A DNA stretch of 8,630 nt from Hormiphora californensis (GCA_020137815.1 WFME01000036.1:1-8630); one strand, 5' to 3'; counted from the stretch's first letter, positions 1 to 8,342 are shown. The notes: generated from the letters alone by a model not told the origin. A program made the numbers and translations.

Positions 1-1685
1 CCTCAAAGTAGTTGAATGGCGCTAATAATTAGCGCCAAATTTCCATCCTATGACCCTAAATATTCAACAAATTGGCGCCAACAGTTGGCGCCAAATTTCG
101 CCAGAGTTGGCGCCAAAACTTAGGGTCAAGGATGGGTGGCGCCAATTTCAGAATTGGCGTCAATTTTTTAGGGTTCACCCAAGTGAACCGCCAAAAGCCG
201 GCGCCAAAAAGAGCTTTGGCGCCAAAAAAACCGGCGCCAAATCGCGTTTTGGCGCCGGTATTTTTTATTGGCGATAATATTTGGCGCCAATAATGGTTTT
301 TGGCGCCAAAAAATCAAAAATTGGCGCCAAAAATTGGTCACTTAGGGTCGTGACCCTTTTACCCTAAATTGGCGCCAAGTAGCGCCATTTGGCGCCAAAT
401 TGGCGCTTATCGCCAAGGAGCGCCAATTTGGCGCCAAGATTGGGTAGAAGGGCCACGGCCCTTGAACACCGCCAAGTGGCGGTTTTAACCGCCACGTGGC
501 CCCTGGACGTGGCGTCAATTCTCAGGACGTGGCGCCAATGAGCCTTTTTGGCGGTGTTCATGTGGCGTTAATAGTTGAAATTGGCGCTTCGAATTGGCGC
601 TTTTCTTTTTTGGCCCCAGGAACGTGGCGTTGGCCCCAGGACGTGGCGTCAATTTTTGAGTGGCGGAGATGTCAAAATTTTTTGGCGCTTTCGGATGACG
701 CCACACCCGAAAAATTCGAATCGCCAATTTGTTTTTTTGGCCTATTATTTGGCGCTAATTTTTTGGCGCCATGTAAATTGGCGCCATATAAACTGATGCC
801 AGGAACCCCCTAGTGGCCCCTAGGGACCCCCAGGAGGCGCTAGAGTCACCTAAAAGCAAAGTCCCTAAAGACCCACAGAGGCATCAAGGATTGAACAGTT
901 AAAAAAGAGCTGTGTTTATTTAAATATATCGCCATGTAAGAACTCAATTAGCGCCATGTAAATGGCGCTAATAATTACTTTGGCGCTTTGATGTGGTGGA
1001 GTTTATGTGGCGGAGTTTATGTGGCGTCAATTATTGACGCCACACCGAAAATTCAAAAAACCACGTGGCGCTAAAATCGACTAAAAATCCATTGGCGCTA
1101 TCCTTTCAAAATTGACGCCACGTCCTGGGGCCAACGCCACGCCCCTGGGGCCAAAAAAGAAAAGCGCCAATTCGAAGCGCCAATTTCGACTATTAACGCC
1201 ACATGAACACCGCCAAAAAGGCTCATTGGCGCCACGTCCTGAGAATTGACGCCACGTCCAGGGGCCACGTGGCGGTTAAAACCGCCACGTGGCGGTGTTC
1301 AAGGGCCAGTGGCCCTTTCTACCCAAGATTGCGCCAAATAGGTGGTTAATTTCCGCTTCTGAACGTTCCCACTCGCCAAGTGGCGCCAATTTGGCGCCAA
1401 GAGTGAAAGGTACATGGCGCCAATTTGGCGCCACTTGGCGATGGACACAGTTTATTCAGACAAATTCGCATCGCCACGTGGCGGTACCACCAAATACCGC
1501 CAACACTTGGCGATTTACAATCGCCACGTGGCGCCATTTGGCGCCAAAAAATCGCCAACTTGGCGCCATTTTGGCGCCAAATTGGCGGTTGTGCGCAGTC
1601 GCCAAATTTTGGCGCCATTTGGCGCTAAAATATCGCCACGTGGCGCCACGTGGCGCCAAAATGGCGCCAAAAAGTGTGCACGACC
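1..1685. mobile_element. Non-coding, GGCGCC-palindrome-rich foldback element; probable non-autonomous DNA transposon with a Kolobok-like right end; left end outside the window
   Basis: About 30 GGCGCC hexamers in 74-1668 (manual count; none seen in the rest of the window), 7 GCCACGTGGC copies and an internal ~230-bp inverted repeat. Abrupt switch to AT-rich DNA after ...GTGTGCACGACC|TTAA (TTAA 1686-1689). A TTAA target with 5'-GG termini is typical of Kolobok, but only one end is visible. Confidence 0.65.
426..1339. repeat. Long inverted repeat: arms ~426-657 and ~1108-1339, spacer ~450 bp
   Basis: 481-560 (ggttttaaccgccacgtggcccctggacgtggcgtcaattctcaggacgtggcgccaatgagcctttttggcggtgttca) is the reverse complement of 1205-1284. 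The match runs across both arms with only a handful of substitutions and indels. Confidence 0.95.
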
Positions 1686-1845
1686 TTAACTACCATACTA
1701 CCAAAATTTTAGACATTACTAAAAAAATACTTCTATAATAACATGTACTACAACTGTTTACTGTGAACATGGGACTTGTCACCCAAAAAGTTTGAAATAA
1801 GCGGTTATTAGGAAATTAAACACTAACATAACATTGTTTTTTCAG

Positions 1846-1976
1846 TTCCATCAGTGCTTCCAATACACTGAAGAGCGTCCAGGCAGAAGATGATGGAAAA
1901 TCAGGGGATATTGGGGTGTTGATATCACCAGATCTGGGGGTTAAAGTTGACGCTGCTGCCACCGAACAAGGGACAG
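1846..1976 (+). CDS. Zinc-finger gene, first visible internal coding exon (SISASNTLKSVQAEDDGKSGDIGVLISPDLGVKVDAAATEQGT)
   Basis: Branch-like CACTAAC 1821-1827, acceptor ttgttttttcAG (1844-1845), donor ACAG|GTAATA at 1977. Open frame ends in phase 1 and joins 4525 in frame (G+AT = Asp). Confidence 0.75.
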
Positions 1977-2470
1977 GTAATAAATACGTTGCCTTGCTCG
2001 ACATATAGTTTCACTTTCATTTTTACAAAACCATATAGTTTATTAGTTTGCCTTGCTCGACCCTGTTTCCCCGTGCTCCGCAAAGTTTCATTCAGCTGAA
2101 TGCTACACAGACGTCGCGCGTGTTATTGAGATGTGCAAAGGACAGGGTTAGAACATATGATTTACGTTCACGAAACCAACCTCCGGTTATGTGGTAATTA
2201 TTGCACTGCAGAGTCCCTTTCTCTCCCCAGAGAGTTCCGTAGAACCACATGGATCTTGTAACATTAAAATGAGTAATTCGTCAGGCAAAATGAACGGAGC
2301 ATTCCTTTTTTCCCTCGTTTTCTGTGCATAAACAGTTTATAATATAAAATACTAGCGCACCCGAGGGGTTTAGAAATATACGTGGGTAAATTTTTGTTTG
2401 CTTGCTAAACTTCTTCAGGCAATTCAATGTAGCACCTTAGATCAAAGATTAGCATACCTCCTGCAGTACC

Positions 2471-2536
2471 CCTCTCTTTCTATCTTTTCTATCTCTCTCT
2501 CTCTCTCTATCTCTCTATCTCTCTATCTCTCTCTCT
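2471..2536 (+). repeat. Degenerate (CT)n/(CTAT) pyrimidine-rich microsatellite
   Basis: Read directly from the sequence. Confidence 0.85.
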
Positions 2537-2616
2537 TACTCCACCAATCTGCGACGGCACGAGCTTGCTCAATCATTCTTTTCTTCTCCCAGCCACTATC
2601 TTTTCACTCCTTCAAC

Positions 2617-2725
<109 letters not shown>

Positions 2726-2966
2726 ATCTCTTCACACATTCCTCTCAACACGTGCACATGGTGTAGTTACCGAACGAGCACAACTTAATATCACGTGACC
2801 CGGGTCTCTTGACCACGTGACCGATATCCTAATCGGTGATTGGTGGACCTCCCTGACTGGAAAGCGTGACCTCGGTCCATTTTTTCCATTGACAAGTTTT
2901 TTCAACTCACTAACACACGCTCGAGAAGGTGATCATTGGATCTCGGGGTATTAGGTTATTGTGTGC

Positions 2967-2973
<7 letters not shown>

Positions 2974-3055
<82 letters not shown>
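2974..3055 (+). repeat. (GA)41 microsatellite, inverted relative to the (CT)51 tract
   Basis: Uninterrupted 82-bp GA run, 251 bp after the CT tract. Confidence 0.98.
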
Positions 3056-3059
<4 letters not shown>

Positions 3060-3213
3060 GCGGATGAGTGAACGAGAAGGATGGTTGACTGAAAAGAGGT
3101 TGATGGGATGAGTCCGAAGATTGAGAAAGTTAGAGAGACAGCTCGGCCGATAAAGCATTGGGTAGGTTGATCGAGAAAAGCATTAGTTGTGGATTGGCAA
3201 ATGATCGAACCCA

Positions 3214-3249
3214 ATGTGAATGAGACTACATATGTAGTCTCATTCACAT
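3214..3249. repeat. Perfect 36-bp palindrome
   Basis: ATGTGAATGAGACTACAT|ATGTAGTCTCATTCACAT; no spacer, no mismatch. Confidence 0.97.
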
Positions 3250-3452
3250 ATACATTCACGTATATACGGTTACCCCCTTTCTCTCTTCAGCAGCTTCTCC
3301 TTGGCTGCTGATAAGTGATGCCACTCGACGTGTTGGGGTTGTGTTTTCAAAGAAAAAAAACAATGACAAAAACGTTGTGGATTGGTACAATGAGAATTGA
3401 AAAAAGTGGGCTGCATTAGATTTTATCTGGTTAAGTAGATCACTGCAAGCAG

Positions 3453-3538
3453 CACTATAGTTTTGATGACTTCAAACAGTATCATTTATTTTCAATAAGG
3501 TTTAATGTTTTCATTTCACTATAGTTTTGATGACTTCA
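3453..3538 (+). repeat. Exact 22-bp direct repeat (3453-3474, 3517-3538)
   Basis: CACTATAGTTTTGATGACTTCA twice, starts 64 bp apart. Confidence 0.95.
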
Positions 3539-4147
3539 TTATTTAAATACGTTTTATACCACCAGATAGAGCTATTAAATTTCACTATTTAAGTTCGCAA
3601 TGGTTTCGTAATAGCAATTAATATTTTGGTATAGAGAAGATCTTGAATTGATATGCCATTCTTTGCCCAGTATTTTATGGATGGTTCCATTATATTTTCT
3701 TCTAGTTCCACATTGCAGCCATACTACAACATCAGTAATACTGATTCAGTATATTAGGATGACAGATGCGTGGAAGTAGAGGTGAAAATACAACTTTTGT
3801 ACTTGGGAACAAACTATCATTTATTAAGCTAGCAAGTTTTAGATAAGAAACCACACTAATAAGCAATCCCAAAACTTTCTCGTTTATTTATTAAGAAGGG
3901 GTTTCTTATTTTGTTGGGTTGTCACTGAGTTGTATGGTTTTCATTATAAAAGTCTCTAATTTAATCATTTCTTGTAAAAATAAATTGGCCGTCCCATGGA
4001 GTATTGCCATGCTACCCAGTCTGTCCACTCGACGGGCTCGCGTAAGCTCACAGTGTGAGCCTCACACCGGACCAAAAGAAGGCCCAATGTCTGAGCCGAC
4101 GGACTGGGAACATGTCAATAAAGAGGGCTGGTGTTATTATAGCGACG

Positions 4148-4196
4148 ACGGGGGATGGTTGGACGTCGCTGCGACGTCTAACGATCCCTCCCCCGT
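4148..4196. repeat. GC-rich imperfect hairpin
   Basis: Core GACGTCGC-T-GCGACGTC (4162-4178); outer arms ACGGGGGA (4148-4155) and TCCCCCGT (4189-4196). Confidence 0.8.
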
Positions 4197-4524
4197 TTCA
4201 GTAACGCGCGGGGACATTCAGAATGGTTTAGATGCGCGCACGCGTGGTACTTCATCAGAACACGCGCTGGCAAGCGATCCAGGACTTTCTGATTTGTTCA
4301 ATCTAACCCTGCGGTCTCTCTCCCTTATCTCCGTGTCCTAATCTATCCTCCGGGGCGCGGGGAACAGGGTGCTCCGGAAATTATGAACAATTCAAGGTCG
4401 AGCAAGGCAATGTCCGATTAACAGTATCACACAAATTACCCCCCCCCCCCTTTAAATCATCTCATTTCATTTCCATTAAAATCTCTGATATCAGTTGTAT
4501 ATCTAACCCCCCGTTCTACCCCAG

Positions 4525-4679
4525 ATCTCCTCCTCACCGGACCGATGGGAAATCTGGAGTGCCCCAAGTGTGCCAGTGCCATATGTTCTGTCGCAGAAAT
4601 GGCATATCATGTTAAAGTCTGTCTGAACGGGTTGACTGAGAACTTCTGTGCGGAGTGTGGTAGGGGCTATAGCAGCAAG
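4525..4679 (+). CDS. Zinc-finger gene exon: C2HC finger (CPKC-x12-H-x3-C) and first half of a C2H2 finger (CAECGRGYSSK)
   Basis: Branch-like CTAAC near 4503, acceptor ccccAG (4523-4524), donor AAG|GTAAGA at 4680. Translation (D)LLLTGPMGNLECPKCASAICSVAEMAYHVKVCLNGLTENFCAECGRGYSSK. Confidence 0.9.
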
Positions 4680-4894
4680 GTAAGAGCTGTCTAATGACCT
4701 TCTGATTTTAGTTCAGGTGCCATGAATTATACTAGAGAAAGCAACGTCTTACTTTCTGGTCATCAACACATTCAGTGTCACATAGGGTCCAATTAACATT
4801 GGTAATGAAATTACCCCTCTGTTATGGCAATAAAAGGGGTGACTTCGTAACCAAAATTAACACGTGTTTGACCTATTCTCCTAATTTCTTCCAG

Positions 4895-5015
4895 GCTAGC
4901 CTACAACGTCATATCTCTGTGGTCCACCGGAAGGAAAGGAACTATGAGTGCCACATTTGTGGGAAGCGATTTGGTCAGCAGATACATGTCGATGTGCACA
5001 TGAGACTCCACACCG
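4895..5015 (+). CDS. Zinc-finger gene exon (ASLQRHISVVHRKERNYECHICGKRFGQQIHVDVHMRLHT-G)
   Basis: Acceptor tttcttccAG (4893-4894), donor CCG|GTAAG at 5016. Completes finger 2 across the splice junction and contains finger 3. Confidence 0.95.
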
Positions 5016-5101
5016 GTAAGAGCAGCACAGTGCAGCTGTTACTGATCACACCACACATTACGTTGTTACATATAATTAAATATTCAACTATTATATTCAA
5101 T

Positions 5102-5151
5102 TTCAACTTTAAAATTCAACTTTAAAATTCAACTTTAAAATTCAACTTTAA
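5102..5151 (+). repeat. 13-bp tandem repeat (TTCAACTTTAAAA), about 3.8 copies, intronic
   Basis: Units start at 5102, 5115, 5128 and 5141 (partial). Confidence 0.95.
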
Positions 5152-5166
5152 CCTCGATCATTTCAG

Positions 5167-5294
5167 GCGAAAAACCGTTTGTGTGTCATGTGTGTAACGA
5201 TAGCTTTAAGCAGTCAGCACACTTAAAAAGGCACATGCAGTGTCATGTCCGTCCCCCAGCAACTGCTGATCAGCTCTACTACTACAACAAACCG
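5167..5294 (+). CDS. Zinc-finger gene exon ([43 protein letters not shown])
   Basis: Acceptor ttttcAG (5165-5166), donor CCG|GTATGT at 5295. Splicing rebuilds the canonical Kruppel linker HTGEKPF. Confidence 0.95.
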
Positions 5295-5301
5295 GTATGT
5301 A

Positions 5302-5554
<253 letters not shown>

Positions 5555-5644
5555 AAAAACAAACATACATACAAACAATCCGGGTGACCAGGATCACTGA
5601 TCAGTTCAATATTAGTTCCCATAACCTCTTTCTCTCCCCTGCAG

Positions 5645-5911
5645 AAACCAGATTTCTCCCCCTACAAGCGAGACATCCCAACAACCATCCACCGACCCTC
5701 TCCCATCTCTTTCATCTCTCCGGTGGACAGGACACCTCTAGTAGTCCCTGGACCTCTGTCCCTGGCTGAAGGACTCCGTGGGCACCACAACCACCATCCT
5801 CTACCTCCCACCTCCTCATCTCACCACGATCAGAACTCACAGTATACAAGTGACTTGATGAAGTTGATAGGGCACAGTATTACAGAGCAGACGAGAGGGA
5901 AAATGGTGTAA
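5645..5911 (+). CDS. Zinc-finger gene terminal coding exon; Pro/Ser/His-rich C-terminus ([20 protein letters not shown]...EQTRGKMV*)
   Basis: Strong polypyrimidine tract and acceptor cccctgcAG (5643-5644), phase-0 join, open for 88 codons to TAA 5909-5911. Same frame as ORF 5723..5911. Confidence 0.85.
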   Translation, partial: KPDFSPYKRDIPTTIHRPSPISFISPVDRTPLVVPGPLSLAEGLRGHHNHHPLPPTSSSHHDQNSQYTSDLMKLIGHSITEQTRGKMV

Positions 5912-6823
5912 GGTGACTTTCAGTTCACTTCATGAAGCAGAAGAGAGCTGGTATATCAGATGAATCGTTAAAATTCATATTTTAAGGGCCCAATCTTCAA
6001 GACTTTCCAATTTTTCGGACACGAACTATTTATTGTTGAGTCGTGGGGGTTGTTTTCTGGGCGACTAGTGTAAAAACCCATATTTTGACATTGAATTGTT
6101 TTATGGATGTGTTTTTATGGAGGCTCAATTGACAATTGTCTGTCAAATATGACGATTCATTTTAAATTTATGAGCCATCGTTAATTCCATATTCATCTGT
6201 CAGTACATTGCAGCCTGATCCTATTCTCATTTCTTCAAAAAATGAGCTCGAGAACTGCCATGGCAATTGGCCTGACAGATGTTTAAATGCTCTATGGTGA
6301 CAAAGTGAAAATATCACTCTTTCTATACTCAACTCTTTCACACAGAGAGAACTGCTATGCAGATTGCACTGCAATCATTGCAGAGTATATTATTATTAGT
6401 AATTAGTAATAATTAGAAACTGTTTTTATGTTCTACACGCAGTGAGCAGCAGTGTGTTTTTGATCTGTTTTGTTGTGAATAGAAACCTATTTATTTGGGA
6501 CATAATGTCAACACACATATTGCCCATATTTGTCTAAAAACAATATAGTTTTACTTGGTAGTAATATTAAGTAGTATTCGACAATTTTGACCGGTGATCT
6601 AAGTTCATTGCACCCGAATGGTTTTTTTGGCATCTGTTATAGAGGGCCTGTCGGCTCGGCCCCATTGTTTTAGGGGGGGATGGGTTGAGATTGGGTTATG
6701 TTCGGGTCGGGTGGCCTTGCCAGGCCCCGAATAGTTGTAAGTTATAAGAGTACATTGAAACTAAAATATACTACATCTCATATAGTGCTATGATCTAATA
6801 TAATTCATCTGTATTCTGTTTAG

Positions 6824-7491
6824 AGCGGTGCAATGGCTTCTATAGAGAAGGATCGCCAGATAAGACGGCCTCTACAAAGATCTTGTTGCATCCTTCATTC
6901 TGTGGAGAACGTCTTGAAATCGGTGTTTGTTTACTACGATGGAGAAGCTGGAGGTGAGTGCACAACTTCCAACTCGATTGATGTGCTAATAATTGTTACC
7001 CATCCTTTCCAAATCCAAGTAGTTTCACTTTAATAATATTTTAACTCCTCTGCAGGCCCGGGCGTGTATCAAGGAGAAGTTGGAAAGTTAATTACAACCG
7101 ATCTCTGGAAGATAGCAGTCAGACAATTTCCTTTGATTCCCCTCTCATTCAGTGAACTTCCTCCAACGGTGGGTACAAAAAAAACAGAATGAAGGAGAAA
7201 ACATTTAACATTTGGTTGCACATATTTTGACTTTTGAAGTGCCTATTTATAACGGACGTTAACGATCTGTCCCTTGCAGGTTGTGAAAGAGCTCGGATCG
7301 TCATCTCAACAAACTCTTAGAGGGCAGATATTAGGGCATTTTTAGAGAGACCTTTTGAGAGTGAGATACCGTGCCACACACAGGCGGTGGAGAGAGCCGT
7401 GGCAACAACACACGGTTGTGTAAAAAGGAGAAAGACTGAGAAAAACCAAATGGACAATCTTCTCAGTACCGTTGCTGCTAGAAAAGACTAA
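6824..7491 (+). pseudogene. Intron-containing, internally deleted DDE transposase relic of a divergent hAT-like group (hATx/hATm type)
   Basis: Exons 6824-6953, 7056-7168 and 7280 onward splice in frame (GT-AG, 102- and 111-nt introns) to SGAMASIEKDRQIRRPLQRSCCILHSVENVLKSVFVYYDGEAGGPGVYQGEVGKLITTDLWKIAVRQFPLIPLSFSELPPTVVKELGS. After a frameshift, 7321-7491 reads RADIRAFLERPFESEIPCHTQAVERAVATTHGCVKRRKTEKNQMDNLLSTVAARKD*. CxxH and the AVER catalytic-Glu motif are present. The family assignment is from recalled motif similarity, not a search. Confidence 0.8.
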
Positions 7492-7699
7492 AGAGCCCAC
7501 GAAAAGGGTTTTGAAAAAGAGATATTTTAATGATTTTGCTCATTCATCTAGTAGTTAAATAGTAAATGGGGACATTTAATTACAATTTGTTGTATTATGT
7601 GATTTTGTAATGTGCGTATTGATTTTGTTTTCATTGCAAAATAGAAATAATGTATATTGCTGTTTTTTGGAGACCTGGTTTGTCAGGGCAGAAAAATAT

Positions 7700-8002
7700 C
7701 CCGGACCAACCGCCCGTACCAGCAGCCCGTACTCTCTTGCTCTCTCTCACTCACTAGCTGCATTCTGATTGGCTGTAATATGTTACAACATGTAAAATCC
7801 TGCCAGCGCCCAAGATGCACGTGCCAATGCGCCGCGCGTTACTATCTTGCTCTCTCTCACTCACTAGCTGCATTCTGATTGGCTGTTATCTATCACATGT
7901 GCGCAGTCACAGGCTATCCCTGTGCACTAGGTCTTATCACGTGACCTTTCATTATTGTGCAAAGCAGATGTACGGGCTGCTGGTACGGGCGTCTGGTATG
8001 GG
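7700..8002. mobile_element. MITE-like element with a perfect 22-bp inverted repeat and an internal 42-bp direct repeat
   Basis: CGCCCGTACCAGCAGCCCGTAC (7711-7732) is the reverse complement of 7970-7991, with weaker extension to ~7700/8002. TCTTGCTCTCTCTCACTCACTAGCTGCATTCTGATTGGCTGT occurs at 7735-7776 and 7845-7886. Confidence 0.8.
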
Positions 8003-8014
8003 CATCTCATCCGG

Positions 8015-8229
8015 GCCCCCGTAATCCGTTGCCTAACACGGTCGCTTGTAGTGGGAAAACGGTAATGGAAAACGGAGATACAGTAAGACGACGCGCAATT
8101 AGGGCGCTAGTACGTGCTGAACACATGCACTTTTTGCCGCGCGTTATGCAACGTGCACGTCTCCTTACTGTATTTCCATTACGGTAATGGGACTACAAGC
8201 AGCACTGTAAGGCAACGGATTACGGGGGC
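8015..8229. mobile_element. Foldback MITE-like element, 215 bp
   Basis: Perfect 20-bp TIR GCCCCCGTAATCCGTTGCCT (8015-8034 / 8210-8229). Imperfect pairing continues inward, e.g. 8074-8097 vs 8154-8177 at 20/24. Confidence 0.85.
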
Positions 8230-8305
8230 TCTCTAGTGTAGGGTGTTCGGTGACAGATCTGCGTGTAACCTCTGCGGAATCTAATTACCGAGCACAAGCG
8301 CGGTT

Positions 8306-8342
8306 TATCACGTGACTCAGTGATGTCATGTGTCACGTGATA
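8306..8342. repeat. Inverted pair of TATCACGTGAC E-box motifs with a 15-bp spacer
   Basis: TATCACGTGAC 8306-8316 and GTCACGTGATA 8332-8342. Confidence 0.8.

Noticed and set aside
342-352. TTAG|GGTCGTG as the left TIR matching the 1685 end
   Set aside because: Only a 7-bp match, the flank is TTAG not TTAA, and the same repeat DNA continues upstream.
51-368. Scattered TTAGGG/CCCTAA as telomeric repeat
   Set aside because: Only isolated copies, within a TTAGGGTC/GACCCTAA module; not tandem.
1-1685. CRISPR array or bacterial REP/iteron cluster
   Set aside because: No constant 23-50 bp repeat with unique regular spacers, no cas or rep genes, and the context is spliceosomal.
50-1738. Many overlapping ORFs rich in WRQ/GAK/LAP
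   Set aside because: These are translations of the TTGGCGCCAA palindrome in all frames on both strands; no protein signal.
3270-3320. Possible extra exon after the strong acceptor ctctcttcAG at 3290
   Set aside because: The frame that would continue the upstream exon stops within a few codons (TGA 3309-3311), and the flanking exons already join in frame.
3442-3459. 16/18 match to 8192-8209, and a 12-bp repeat GTTGTGGATTGG at 3186 and 3374
   Set aside because: Too short to separate confidently from chance without a genome search.
3919-4341. 140-aa ORF
   Set aside because: Non-ATG start, no recognisable motif, and it lies in a GC-rich, stop-poor part of an intronic element.
5982-5995. TTAA|GGGCCCAATC as a Kolobok-like left end for the downstream region
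   Set aside because: No matching inverted terminus found in the window.
6497-6515. GGG ACA (T) AAT GTC AAC ACA, resembling a G-T-N-V-N-T transposase motif
   Set aside because: Needs a frameshift, lacks the preceding Asp and following Gly, and has no splice donor; likely chance.
6644-6727. GC-rich patch bounded by GGGCCTG/CAGGCCC
   Set aside because: Only a 7-bp inverted match and no TSD.
7657-8187. Short ORFs 7657..7878, 7815..8024 and 7957..8187
   Set aside because: They lie within MITE-like repeats, have non-ATG or weak starts and show no protein motifs.
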